The notes under the pieces: model-generated
What the model was told of the DNA's origin: nothing
What the model saw: the letters and a program-made list of their open reading frames with translations, nothing else
The model's database searches: none
IMG/VR virus record: IMGVR_UViG_3300042889_001272
Coordinates: 124,001 to 188,000 of that record
DNA length: 64,000 nt
Reading direction: 5' to 3' (one strand)
Shown: piece by piece, positions 37,101-46,929 of the stretch
How positions within the stretch are numbered: the stretch's first letter is position 1
How the letters are laid out: each line of letters starts with the position of its first letter
Position numbers and translations under genes: made by a program

Positions 37101-38055
37101 TGAAATATTTCTTTGCTAAATGTTTTGCAAACTTCTCATGTACTTCTTTGTTAAAGTGAAATCCAGAAGTAAATGATTTATGATCTTTATCCATCATTCT
37201 TGCCATGGAGTCTATGCCGTTGGGAAACAATGATAATATCGTTCTGCCTAAATATGTTTCAGGATTTGGATTATCAATATCCATAGTCTGTTGGACATCG
37301 TTACATCCTTCATTGACTGTAGTATATTCTATTTCAAAAAATAAAGAATCAACCATTATTACTTCTATACCCAATGCTCCTTGTATTGCATTTTTATACA
37401 TATTCACCGTTGACAAATAATTCAATAGTCTAGAATTCGACCACATATCAAGTTCTAATGCTTGACGATTATCTGTTGATAGGAAAAACTTTTCAGCTAC
37501 AGAATAGTTATCAGCTATACTACTTCCTTGATTTAATGACCTAACAAAAAATTCATTATCTAATTTATTATGATCCAAATAGGCAGGTCTGTATATGTCG
37601 TAGGAATCATACCTAAATTCTTTTATATAAGCATGTCTTGTTCTACATGTGAACTGAATTATTGCTTTTTTAACATCTATTCCTTGTTTTCTTAGATTAT
37701 ATATATCATTGCATGTTCTTAAATAAATGCCATAGTTATCGCTGCCTGGGGCAGATTTATTGATAATTGTAGTGTCAGTGATGTCTTCCAGCAATGCTGC
37801 CCAATTTAATTGTTTCATTAATCTATTAGTTTTGCCTGCAAAATTTAATTCAGTGGTGCCTGGAACTATTTCTGCATATTTTAAATTTCTCCAATTCAAA
37901 TACTCAAATACTTTATCTCCAGCTAAGTTGTTGTTGAAGCAATGTTTAACGTCATTGAATGATAACTCTTCTGGATATCCGTCCAAAATGTAATCGGCTA
38001 TGTCTACTCCGTTGGTAAAACTACATCCGTTTACGTAAATTACTGCGCTCATCAA
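37093..38055 (-). CDS. SGNH/GDSL-like protein
   Basis: VNGCSFT, NKSAPGSDN, C-terminal HFNKEVHEKFA. Confidence 0.55.
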   Translation of the reverse strand: MMSAVIYVNGCSFTNGVDIADYILDGYPEELSFNDVKHCFNNNLAGDKVFEYLNWRNLKYAEIVPGTTELNFAGKTNRLMKQLNWAALLEDITDTTIINKSAPGSDNYGIYLRTCNDIYNLRKQGIDVKKAIIQFTCRTRHAYIKEFRYDSYDIYRPAYLDHNKLDNEFFVRSLNQGSSIADNYSVAEKFFLSTDNRQALELDMWSNSRLLNYLSTVNMYKNAIQGALGIEVIMVDSLFFEIEYTTVNEGCNDVQQTMDIDNPNPETYLGRTILSLFPNGIDSMARMMDKDHKSFTSGFHFNKEVHEKFAKHLAKKYFNG

Positions 38056-38936
38056 AAATACCTTTCTGAGATTTTTTTAGCAAACCTGTCATGTATTTTA
38101 GCGGTAAAATGTAGGCCCGCTGTAACAGTTGCTGGTTCATTTAAATCTATGCAATCCAACATACTTAATTTAATTTCATCATCTAATTGTTTTTTAAAAT
38201 CCAGCAAATAGTCATCTTTATTTTTAGTTAACCAATCGGGGTGTAATAATTCAAAAGGTTTTTTGCCAAAAATAGAGTTAGGATAACATGCACTATCCAC
38301 TAAAATTAATCTAGCACTGGTAATTGATGCTATTGCATGTTTAAACATATACATATTATATAACCAACGATATACTGACATTTCATAATGTTCGTTGTTG
38401 TTAAGATCGTCGATTACATCTGCATCCGATATCGGATTAATACTTTTTATATGGTAGTAATAATCATTTCCGTTATAACGCTGTGGTTCTTCACGGTCAT
38501 GAGTTTCTTTAAAAAAACTGTATCTAGATGGTGATGTTACTTGTATTAATATATCTGTTATATTATAACCTTGTTTTTGCAATCTATGTAAATCTGCCAA
38601 GGTCCTGTGAATTATAGCACACATGCTACTGCCGCCGTGACTACTTAGATTATGAACCGGTTTACCTAATTGTTCACTGAGTTTATTAGACCATCTATTA
38701 TTAACTTCAAACTGTGCTATTTCTTTAGCTAACAGTTTATCGTTGATATGTTTATTGAAATTATATTTTTGATCGAGCGCAGATATTTGATTGGCTCGAA
38801 TGATATCAGAATCTGCGCTTGTTATTTCCTGTAAACTGTAATATTGTTTAAAAAATGGATATAAATGATCTGCTAGATCACATCCTTCTGTGAAGCTATC
38901 CCCATTAACATAAATGATATCTTTACCTTGGGTCAT
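38052..38936 (-). CDS. SGNH/GDSL-like protein
   Basis: VNGDSFT, NLSSHGGSS, C-terminal HFTAKIHDRFA. Confidence 0.6.
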   Translation of the reverse strand: MTQGKDIIYVNGDSFTEGCDLADHLYPFFKQYYSLQEITSADSDIIRANQISALDQKYNFNKHINDKLLAKEIAQFEVNNRWSNKLSEQLGKPVHNLSSHGGSSMCAIIHRTLADLHRLQKQGYNITDILIQVTSPSRYSFFKETHDREEPQRYNGNDYYYHIKSINPISDADVIDDLNNNEHYEMSVYRWLYNMYMFKHAIASITSARLILVDSACYPNSIFGKKPFELLHPDWLTKNKDDYLLDFKKQLDDEIKLSMLDCIDLNEPATVTAGLHFTAKIHDRFAKKISERYF

Positions 38937-39276
38937 AGTCGTCCCACTTGACAGCGTTTTCCATTTGAAATTTATAATTTGATATTAGTCTTTCGAATGT
39001 CTCTATTGTAAAGCGCAAATTAAAGTTGCCGCCGTGTGTGTTAATTGTAAAACGCACAGCTGATATATTGCGTTTAATAACAACATACATTTTTATACCG
39101 CATTTCAACTGCAAATTAATACCTTCCCTGGTATTAGCACCTGCAAACATTTGTTTTATCTCGTCGTGCGTTAATCGGTAAGTTAACACAAAGTTATCGT
39201 TTACACGTAAACTTAGATCATTGATATCATATTTTTTGTATGCATATAACTTTAAATCTTCATCAAATGGTTTCAT
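38923..39276 (-). CDS. hypothetical protein
   Basis: 117 aa ORF packed in the operon. Confidence 0.65.
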   Translation of the reverse strand: MKPFDEDLKLYAYKKYDINDLSLRVNDNFVLTYRLTHDEIKQMFAGANTREGINLQLKCGIKMYVVIKRNISAVRFTINTHGGNFNLRFTIETFERLISNYKFQMENAVKWDDYDPR

Positions 39277-39280
39277 AATA

Positions 39281-39607
39281 TTATTTAAACAACACTGTTT
39301 TATGATTAAGCATCTCTATTCTTTCATTGCCTGGTTCCCGCTTGGTGCATAACAATCTGCAAATTGGCAATGGATTATCTGATTGAACCATTGTTCTTAT
39401 ATTTGCCCAGGCCTGTGAATTCGTTATTTCTTCGTAGGAATAATTATTTAAATTTAGTTGGGCATACAACTCTTCGCCTAGAAATTTTTCTAATTCACCA
39501 TTAGTAGTAGTATAACAACAAGGAGAGTATGTACCACTTGCTCGTACAAAGAAAATATTTTTAGTCTTATAGCATTCTGGATCTAGTTGCATTTTGTCCT
39601 TCTTCAT
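39281..39607 (-). CDS. stand-alone SPASM/twitch-type domain protein (paralog of 18952-19296; start possibly 39592)
   Basis: C...VRASGTYSPCCY...FLGEELYAQLNL...CRLLC. Confidence 0.72.
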   Translation of the reverse strand: MKKDKMQLDPECYKTKNIFFVRASGTYSPCCYTTTNGELEKFLGEELYAQLNLNNYSYEEITNSQAWANIRTMVQSDNPLPICRLLCTKREPGNERIEMLNHKTVLFK

Positions 39608-40235
39608 GTACGTAATTATTTAATTCCGAAATTACTTCTTCCAAACTTCTGTCGGGTTTGTATCCAGGGGGATACTCTCTTCCACTGCTAACTACTAAGA
39701 ATTCGCCCACGCCCAGCTGTCGACTTAATTTGTATCCTTCTATGCCATCATTTTCATTGTATTTAAAAATTATCCATTTCCATTGTATATCAGCCAGTGA
39801 CAGAGAAGTCATAATTTTAATACCTGTTTCAATGCTGGACCATTCCGAATTCACCCTGTATAAATCTTTGCCGGGCAAGCCATCTATACTGAAGACAAAC
39901 ATGTCTCTCTGTTCGAACAAAGGAGCCAACGTCGTCCACCAAGCGGCATTTCTATAACTACCATTGGTGTTCACAGTTATTTGCTTGTCAGCCTTTTTTA
40001 CAAGTTTGATTATTTCAGCAAATTTTGTATGATATATAGGATCACCATATCCTCCGGAAAATATAACTGACTTAATACTTGGCACCTGCATCATTTTTTC
40101 AATGACAGCAATGTCTAGTTCGCCGTATTTCCATTTGTGTTTCTTTTCGTCTGGATCCCTAGTCCGCGGGCATTCTGGACAAAATAGTGTACACTTGCTG
40201 GTTATTTCCAATTCTAAGCGCGACGGGTCAGTCAT
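39567..40235 (-). CDS. radical SAM protein (core only; paralog of 19301-19972)
   Basis: CTLFCPEC, SGGYGDP, NTNG, FSIDG, QWKWIIF. Confidence 0.9.
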   Translation of the reverse strand: MTDPSRLELEITSKCTLFCPECPRTRDPDEKKHKWKYGELDIAVIEKMMQVPSIKSVIFSGGYGDPIYHTKFAEIIKLVKKADKQITVNTNGSYRNAAWWTTLAPLFEQRDMFVFSIDGLPGKDLYRVNSEWSSIETGIKIMTSLSLADIQWKWIIFKYNENDGIEGYKLSRQLGVGEFLVVSSGREYPPGYKPDRSLEEVISELNNYVHEEGQNATRSRML

Positions 40236-40251
40236 AATATTTTAAAAATAT

Positions 40252-41004
40252 TTATTCATCTATTGTTCTGATATTTTCTAAAGGATTTAATTGATGTTTT
40301 TTAATGTTTGTATAATAGCCATCCTTATAAACAAATCCGTTTACGTCTTCTTTAGTGGCTCTGGTCAACGGATTGGCAACAGGCTTGGCTTTTCCTATAC
40401 ATACTGCGTAACCTGGTGCCATATGGTGTCTATTTGCCATTTCGTCGGTAATTCCAAATTCATTATATATAGAATGCAAATGAGCTTTTAATTCAGGTGT
40501 TTCCATGACGTTCCTGACACCTCTAGTACAACCATTGAATCCAACATCCAATCCAAGAAGATATGCTTGTTGGGCTAGAAATGCCATGTTCATTCCTATG
40601 TTAATATTTCTTATGTATCTGTCCCCCAAATCTGGTTCTTTTAAATAAGTTCCATCTGCATCTAAATGACTGAGATGATTGACAATAGGAAGAGCGGCGT
40701 TAGCTTCTAAATATATTACTACAGCAGGCGCAGTCGATATACCTAGTTGATATTCTGTTGGCATTACTTTACCCAACGACTCGCTGTATTTAGACACCAT
40801 AAAAAATATATTGTCCTGCAACCATTCTTTATGTTCCTGCTTTTCAACAAGGATTGGTATAAAATTTCTATTCGAGTTCTGCGCTGGCGCATAATTGACT
40901 GCATCGATTAGCATTTGTCGTTGTTCTTTTGTTAGTTTTTGATCTGTAAAAACTTTCGATGTGCGTCTTGTTTTTAAAAACTCATTATATTCAATTGGTG
41001 TCAT
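40252..41004 (-). CDS. nitroreductase-family flavoprotein (likely start ATG 41004)
   Basis: RRTSKVF, APAQNS, NIGMNMAFLAQQAYLLGLDVGF, CIGK; AAGGA RBS. Confidence 0.75.
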   Translation of the reverse strand: MTPIEYNEFLKTRRTSKVFTDQKLTKEQRQMLIDAVNYAPAQNSNRNFIPILVEKQEHKEWLQDNIFFMVSKYSESLGKVMPTEYQLGISTAPAVVIYLEANAALPIVNHLSHLDADGTYLKEPDLGDRYIRNINIGMNMAFLAQQAYLLGLDVGFNGCTRGVRNVMETPELKAHLHSIYNEFGITDEMANRHHMAPGYAVCIGKAKPVANPLTRATKEDVNGFVYKDGYYTNIKKHQLNPLENIRTIDE

Positions 41005-41014
41005 GATTTTTCCT

Positions 41015-42190
41015 TTATTTAAATTGTTCATTGAATGCATCGTATTTAGTGCCGCATGTCTTAGCACATACTGCCAACTTACCTTCTGCACAGCTAGGTT
41101 TATTCCAGCTATCGGGGATTGTTTCTTGCATATATTTACCATTGATAACATCATTTAAGTTGTGTAATCGCAGATCTAAACTGTCTAACCCAACTTTATT
41201 GATAGCATCCCAAATTTGACCGCCACGTTCTTTCCAATACCATACATACATTTGTCCCGCTGTCCAGCAACATGGTTGTAAGTATCCTTCGGCTGTGATA
41301 TAAATGCTTTTCTCTTCGGCAACTTTACATTTAACTTCTACAGAGTCCCAATACTTTTCCATGTCTTTTTTCTTAGCAGGGTCTACGTTAAACTTTTGAT
41401 TCCCAATTTTGCCTTCTAATTCCGCTACAGTTGATATAAAATCAATTTTAATTTCGCCTTTATCTTTGCTTAGGCTTTCTAATTGTTTTAGTGCGGCATT
41501 TTGATATTCTGGATTAGTCGGCATACTTAACATTTGAGTAGTACTGCCTTTACGGTTTCCGGCCTGATGATTTGTCTTGACTGCACCTTTGGTATTACTA
41601 AAGAATCTATTGGACTTTTTAACATTGAACTTTTCAAAGCCCATGCTGGTTGCCAATGCTCTGGCTTCTTCTACTTGATGTTCATTGTGTCCGAATACGA
41701 TATAGTCCCAACGTGCTCTGCCTCCAGCTTGTATAAAGGCTCGAGCATTTTCCATGATCTTTTTCCATACAGTGCCCTGTCTATACAAATGATTAGTATC
41801 CTCTAATCCATCTACACTGAATACAACATAATGACTTTTGCCCATGGCTGCTGGCAACTTGCTCCACCATTCAGGAGTCTTGGCGCTGGCATTTGTGTGA
41901 AAACTGAGTTGCATTTTGGCATTGTGACTGCGAATATATTCAAATATTTCCAGGGTATCGTTGGCGCTGATAGGATCGCCATAGTTGCCGCACATATACA
42001 AACGTTTTAATTGTTTGATAAAATCAGGCTTGAGTATTGTTTGAACATCATCTAAACTTAATTCAGCATTGTGTAACTGCGGATTTACTTCGCCGCCGTT
42101 GATGTTACGGGCACACTGGGAACAGCTGGCATTACAGCGTTCAGTGACTTCTAAATGAACTGTGGTAATTTCAGAAGATTTATACATCAT
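41015..42190 (-). CDS. radical SAM protein with C-terminal SPASM/twitch
   Basis: CNASCSQC, CGNYGDP, HTN, FSVDG; C...ITAEGYLQPCCW...CAKTC. Confidence 0.93.
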   Translation of the reverse strand: MMYKSSEITTVHLEVTERCNASCSQCARNINGGEVNPQLHNAELSLDDVQTILKPDFIKQLKRLYMCGNYGDPISANDTLEIFEYIRSHNAKMQLSFHTNASAKTPEWWSKLPAAMGKSHYVVFSVDGLEDTNHLYRQGTVWKKIMENARAFIQAGGRARWDYIVFGHNEHQVEEARALATSMGFEKFNVKKSNRFFSNTKGAVKTNHQAGNRKGSTTQMLSMPTNPEYQNAALKQLESLSKDKGEIKIDFISTVAELEGKIGNQKFNVDPAKKKDMEKYWDSVEVKCKVAEEKSIYITAEGYLQPCCWTAGQMYVWYWKERGGQIWDAINKVGLDSLDLRLHNLNDVINGKYMQETIPDSWNKPSCAEGKLAVCAKTCGTKYDAFNEQFK

Positions 42191-43041
42191 TTAACTCCGT
42201 ATAACATATAACGTTTGTAACTAGGAAGAACAGTTTCTCCTCTAAAATACAATGTAGTTACTGGATATTTTTTTAAAAACACACCAAAGTCTTGACAATA
42301 ATTTATGTGTTGGTAATCCGGACTGCTGTTAGATTGTAATAATACTGTGGTACCTGACTTTAACTTTTCGAACCAAGTATTATCCATGTGTTCTGCACTG
42401 GTGTTAATAACTAAGTCTGGATTAATTATACTGTCATTAAAGATGATATCGTTGTTTGCATCAAAACAATGTTCCATATTTTTATTACAGATAAATGCAT
42501 TTGGATTCATAATATTAATCAAAGGATTCATACTGGCATCTGGATCGATACTGTACAAATGTTTATAGTTTATATCTTTTAAAAACAAACTATGATGTGT
42601 TAACCAGCCGCCGATTAATAAAATATTATCAAATGATAAATTGTGTTTACTCAGCGTTTCTGCCATCCATAATTTACTGAGTATTTGACTTTTACTAAAA
42701 ATAGTTGCAAGTATACTGTCATTTAACAATGTTATTTTATGTAACTTCTGAAGTACAGAATCATCTGGCCATATTGAATTCATAATATAAATCAATTCTT
42801 TAGTAACCAATTTATCTTCGGCACAGATATTTGCATAAAAATTTAAACGATTACTTCTGTTTGAGTCAGGATATAGCTCATAGTCCGAAGAAATTAAATC
42901 TTTTAATGGCCATGGTTTAGAATTAGCTTCGGAATATTTCATATTGATGATATTCCTAATAAATTTCTTTTTTTCAGATTCATTGATAAAGTTAAAAAAC
43001 TTTTCAATGCCAAACAACCATGTTAAATTATCATTATCCAT
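42187..43041 (-). CDS. putative class I SAM-dependent methyltransferase-like protein
   Basis: SQILSKLW, LLIGGW, YSIDPD, INTSAEH, LQSN pattern. Confidence 0.5.
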   Translation of the reverse strand: MDNDNLTWLFGIEKFFNFINESEKKKFIRNIINMKYSEANSKPWPLKDLISSDYELYPDSNRSNRLNFYANICAEDKLVTKELIYIMNSIWPDDSVLQKLHKITLLNDSILATIFSKSQILSKLWMAETLSKHNLSFDNILLIGGWLTHHSLFLKDINYKHLYSIDPDASMNPLINIMNPNAFICNKNMEHCFDANNDIIFNDSIINPDLVINTSAEHMDNTWFEKLKSGTTVLLQSNSSPDYQHINYCQDFGVFLKKYPVTTLYFRGETVLPSYKRYMLYGVK

Positions 43042-43756
43042 TACAGCTAGTCCAGTCTATAAATTTATTTTTTAACCATTTAAAGTCATTGACCAGTGTA
43101 AAGTCGCAGTCTTTTGATTTAGCATAAGCAACACCTTGTCTGGCTCCGTGTACAGCGAAATAGCCGTGTTCTGTTTCAAGGCCAGCTTCGCACCACATTG
43201 TCAAACGTTCCTGGCTTTCTTGGTCATTGTTATTTTTATTAATGCCAGCACTTAGTTTAACTGCTTCACGGAATGCTGTTCGCCACGTAGCATACGGACT
43301 GTAATTAAATCTATGCTCTGTGGCAAGAACATTTACTTTAATATAACTATCTGCCAGTGTGGTAGTCATATCAGGCCGATCTAAACGTTCTGCACTAAAA
43401 CAATCTTTACTGAATAGTTTAATTCCACCATGCCCATAAATCAATCCGTTAATGGGATTCTTACTGCGAAATACTGCTACACTCTTTGGAGTTAGTTCTA
43501 TCTTCTTATCAAAGTTAAAACTATCAACTATCCACGAATCAGCATCCACTACATAAAATCTATCGATTTCGCACAAACTTGCAATATGTTTGTGACTTTC
43601 GAATATATTACCCACGGCTGCAACCGCAACTGCATGGTTAGTTTTAGTCTGTAAACGTTCCCAATTTTCGTTTAGATTTGCTTCATCTGTGTATAAAAAG
43701 TAAACGGGTGTCATATTAGTATTTAGGTAACTCAAATCCATACAACGGCAACGCAC
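43034..43756 (-). CDS. DxD glycosyltransferase-like protein, paralog family member
   Basis: VVDADS, NPINGLIYGHGGIKLF, WRTAFREAVKL. Confidence 0.6.
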   Translation of the reverse strand: MRCRCMDLSYLNTNMTPVYFLYTDEANLNENWERLQTKTNHAVAVAAVGNIFESHKHIASLCEIDRFYVVDADSWIVDSFNFDKKIELTPKSVAVFRSKNPINGLIYGHGGIKLFSKDCFSAERLDRPDMTTTLADSYIKVNVLATEHRFNYSPYATWRTAFREAVKLSAGINKNNNDQESQERLTMWCEAGLETEHGYFAVHGARQGVAYAKSKDCDFTLVNDFKWLKNKFIDWTSCNG

Positions 43757-44717
43757 TTTGATTTAACAACGATGGCCATCCCTGTCCTTTCGTTGGACTA
43801 AAATGAACGTGTTTAAACCAAATGCTTTGATTGGCATCTAATTCAACTAGCGGTAATCCTAGTTTATGTGTTAAGTCTAACATTAGTTTATGGCTATGAT
43901 CATTGATAAATTCTCCTTGTCCTAACTTCATAAGTTGCTCATCCCAAAATTTATCAAACCATGTATAGTCTGAAATTACACTATGATCAAAATTTTCAAC
44001 ATACAGCATATAAGCCCCTAGACGTGAGCCGTATATTACCCAGTCTCCATTTTCAACGTCGCGACCCACTGTCATCCATATTAACCAACGGGCAAAGTTC
44101 GCAGGGTACATCTTGTGTTTAAAATCTTCTGGTCTAACTTTAAAACCCTGATCCAGTCCCATTTTAACGCCTTCGCGAAAACCTGCTCTGAATGCTTGTT
44201 TGAAACTGGCATTGTTATGTACAATGCCATATGTATTGTTCATTTGTTTATATTGTTCAGGATCCCAACAAAAATCTACGTTATGAGTATTGTCGCCTTT
44301 TGTTGCGGCTTCATGGCTTTTCATATTATTGATATGTTCTGCATACCACAATTTAACGCCGCCATTGCCGTAGACTAAACCATTGACAATGTTCCTGCTA
44401 CTCCAGCTCAATGTTGCATGTTTGATGTCATTGGTAATTTCAATGCTTTTTTTCCATATTTCTGCATCTACTCTGCAATCTGCATCTACAGTAAAAAAGC
44501 GTTTGCTGCCTGCTTCTTCTGCGGCTTTTTTATGTGCGGCATCAAAGCCTTTTACGCCATGCACACGTTTTACCAATTTAGGATTAGGATGATTATCTTT
44601 TAAAAAATTAAAATTTTCATCAGCATTGGGTTCATCAAAACTAAGAAATATAACTGGTATATCTTTTAGTTTTAATATATTATTGTTTTTACTTTCTAAA
44701 GAATTTATTAAACTCAT
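43716..44717 (-). CDS. DxD glycosyltransferase-like protein, paralog family member
   Basis: FLSFDEPNAD, RVHGVKGFDAAH, TVDAD, NGLVYGNGGVKLW, RAGFREGVK. Confidence 0.6.
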   Translation of the reverse strand: MSLINSLESKNNNILKLKDIPVIFLSFDEPNADENFNFLKDNHPNPKLVKRVHGVKGFDAAHKKAAEEAGSKRFFTVDADCRVDAEIWKKSIEITNDIKHATLSWSSRNIVNGLVYGNGGVKLWYAEHINNMKSHEAATKGDNTHNVDFCWDPEQYKQMNNTYGIVHNNASFKQAFRAGFREGVKMGLDQGFKVRPEDFKHKMYPANFARWLIWMTVGRDVENGDWVIYGSRLGAYMLYVENFDHSVISDYTWFDKFWDEQLMKLGQGEFINDHSHKLMLDLTHKLGLPLVELDANQSIWFKHVHFSPTKGQGWPSLLNQSALPLYGFELPKY

Positions 44718-45432
44718 TTTTCATCCATTCGTAATCATTGATCATCTTTAAAGCTACATCATCGTCTTGATATTGTAGACCATATTTTTTACCCTGCTGA
44801 GCTCCTATTATAGATTGCTCGCCAAATCTTCTTCCTGCGCCCACTGTGATCCAAGTGTGCAGTCTATGTTCTGCTTCGTTGCGTAATCTAGTAATTGTTT
44901 CAACGTCCAGCTTATTTACTAATTCTTTATTGGTCAAGTTGGCTGACAGTTTTGCACATTCTCTATATGCGCTTCGAAATGTGCTGAACTCGTCGTAGTT
45001 AAATGCGGTGATATTACTAACTTCGTCAAATACTTTGGTACTTAATCCAAAACCCGTTGTGAAATCAATGACATCTTTATCTTCGCACAGTAACGGCTGC
45101 TTAGGTAATATTTTAACACCTCCATGACCATAAATCAAGTCATTTATTGGATTTATACTCGACCATACACATATATAATCACATTCTGGCTTATACCACC
45201 ATGTATTATATTTGCTGGGAGTAAAAGAGAAATTAAAGTCGTCGACAATAATTGCGTCACTGTCGACGACATAGAAATTATTAGTGAAACTTCTTCTAGC
45301 ACATTCTTGATGCGCTGGCGCAAATCCTTTTATACCGTTTACTCTGCGAGCATTAGGGACAAGCTCTTTGAGTCGGGCATAATTTTCATCTGCATATGGT
45401 TCGTTGTAACTGAGGAAAAAAACATCTAGCAT
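44689..45432 (-). CDS. DxD glycosyltransferase-like protein, paralog family member
   Basis: FLSYNEPYAD, RVNGIKG, VVDSD, YGHGGVK, FRSAYRECAKL. Confidence 0.6.
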   Translation of the reverse strand: MLDVFFLSYNEPYADENYARLKELVPNARRVNGIKGFAPAHQECARRSFTNNFYVVDSDAIIVDDFNFSFTPSKYNTWWYKPECDYICVWSSINPINDLIYGHGGVKILPKQPLLCEDKDVIDFTTGFGLSTKVFDEVSNITAFNYDEFSTFRSAYRECAKLSANLTNKELVNKLDVETITRLRNEAEHRLHTWITVGAGRRFGEQSIIGAQQGKKYGLQYQDDDVALKMINDYEWMKNEFNKFFRK

Positions 45433-45456
45433 TATACTAGTATTTAATATTTTTAC

Positions 45457-46929
45457 TCACGTTACTACAGGCACATTGTACTTTAAATAGAAGTCTCGGG
45501 CATGTTCAATATTATTAACCATTGGCTGGCCTTTAATATTTAGACTAGTGTTTAGTAACATTGGACATCCGGTTAAACTATACCAATCTTCTAATAGCTT
45601 TCTAAATCCAGGACTGTCATTTTTACTCACAGTTTGCACACGGCTTGTTCCATCTTTATGTATAATAGCAGGGAACTCTTCTGGCTTGGTACATTTAGCA
45701 ACAAATTGCATGAACGGGCTGGCCGTTATGTTTGCAGGCATATCAAAGTATTCGTGTACATGTTCTTCTAAGATTGCTGGTGCGAATGGTCTGAACTGCT
45801 GTCTTCGCTTGATTGCGTTGACTGTGTCTTTGATTTCGGAACCTCTAGGATCCGCCAGTAGGCTTCGGTGCCCAAGAGCACGTGGTCCGAACTCAGCCTT
45901 GCCGCTAGCCACTCCCACAATTTTATCTCTTGTAAGTATACTAATAGTTTCATCAACTGGATATTCCTTTCCCATGTTTGTGCCAAGATATGCTCCTGGC
46001 CAGGTAACCTGCTCGCCAAAGAAGGCAGCAACTGCGCCAACACTACTGCCGGCATCGCCGGGGTTTGGCATGATCCATACCCGGTCCCAATCGCCTGTGA
46101 TTTCACTGTTGGCCACGCAATTAAGGGCACATCCGCCCATTAATACAATGTTCTTACTGGGCATATTTGCTCTAGCCCAACGACTAATACCCTGCAATAT
46201 TTCAGTGTAAACTTGCTGAGTAGCGGCAGCTAAGTCAAAAGTATCTTGTTCTTTTAATAAATCTAGTCGCCAATCTGGACAGCCGCGATGTAAGTTACGT
46301 TTAAACTTAACTTCGGGCCCATTAATTACACTAAAGAAATCTTCGTATACTGCGGCTTTGTATTTGTTGGCGTCGCCATAAGCAGCCATGCCCATGAGAA
46401 TATATTCTTCTTCGTTGGGCTTTAGTCCAATACGCTGTGTCATAGCACTGAACCATAATCCCAGACTATTTGGATATCCCTGTGCATATACTTTCTTTAA
46501 TTCATTGCCGGTGCCTTGCCAGACTGTCAGTGTTTCAAATTCGCCTATGCTGTCGATTACTACCACTGTGGCATCTGGCAATCCGCTGGTATAATAACCT
46601 GCGGCAGCATGGCTCTTATGATGTTCACCTATTACCAAAGGTTGGTTTAGGTTGTATTTTGCTAGATATGATCGTACATCGTTTTCCACTGTACGGTTGC
46701 CCTGGCCGGCTTGGAATTGACGGGCAGTTTTTAACACAGGATTTTCATACCAAACAATTAAATCTGGCTTGCCGTATTGTTCGGCATCTAAGATAATACC
46801 TGCACAGAGATCTCCGTCGTTTTTAATTCCAGAATATCTTTCACTGTGAGCTGCGAATTGTAATTGTTTATCATGCCAGACTGACACGGCAGCATCGTGA
46901 CTGTTGGCACTAATTCCCCAAATGTTCAT
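45457..46929 (-). CDS. carbamoyltransferase (NodU/CmcH/TobZ family)
   Basis: HDAAV, HHKSHAA, MGMAAYG, GGCALNCVAN, EFGPRALGHRS, RPFAP, RVQTV, LNTSLN. Confidence 0.95.
   Translation of the reverse strand: MNIWGISANSHDAAVSVWHDKQLQFAAHSERYSGIKNDGDLCAGIILDAEQYGKPDLIVWYENPVLKTARQFQAGQGNRTVENDVRSYLAKYNLNQPLVIGEHHKSHAAAGYYTSGLPDATVVVIDSIGEFETLTVWQGTGNELKKVYAQGYPNSLGLWFSAMTQRIGLKPNEEEYILMGMAAYGDANKYKAAVYEDFFSVINGPEVKFKRNLHRGCPDWRLDLLKEQDTFDLAAATQQVYTEILQGISRWARANMPSKNIVLMGGCALNCVANSEITGDWDRVWIMPNPGDAGSSVGAVAAFFGEQVTWPGAYLGTNMGKEYPVDETISILTRDKIVGVASGKAEFGPRALGHRSLLADPRGSEIKDTVNAIKRRQQFRPFAPAILEEHVHEYFDMPANITASPFMQFVAKCTKPEEFPAIIHKDGTSRVQTVSKNDSPGFRKLLEDWYSLTGCPMLLNTSLNIKGQPMVNNIEHARDFYLKYNVPVVT

Noticed and set aside
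41005-41154. N-terminal 50-aa extension of the nitroreductase ORF
   Set aside because: Overlaps the upstream rSAM gene in another frame; a good AAGGA RBS precedes ATG 41004
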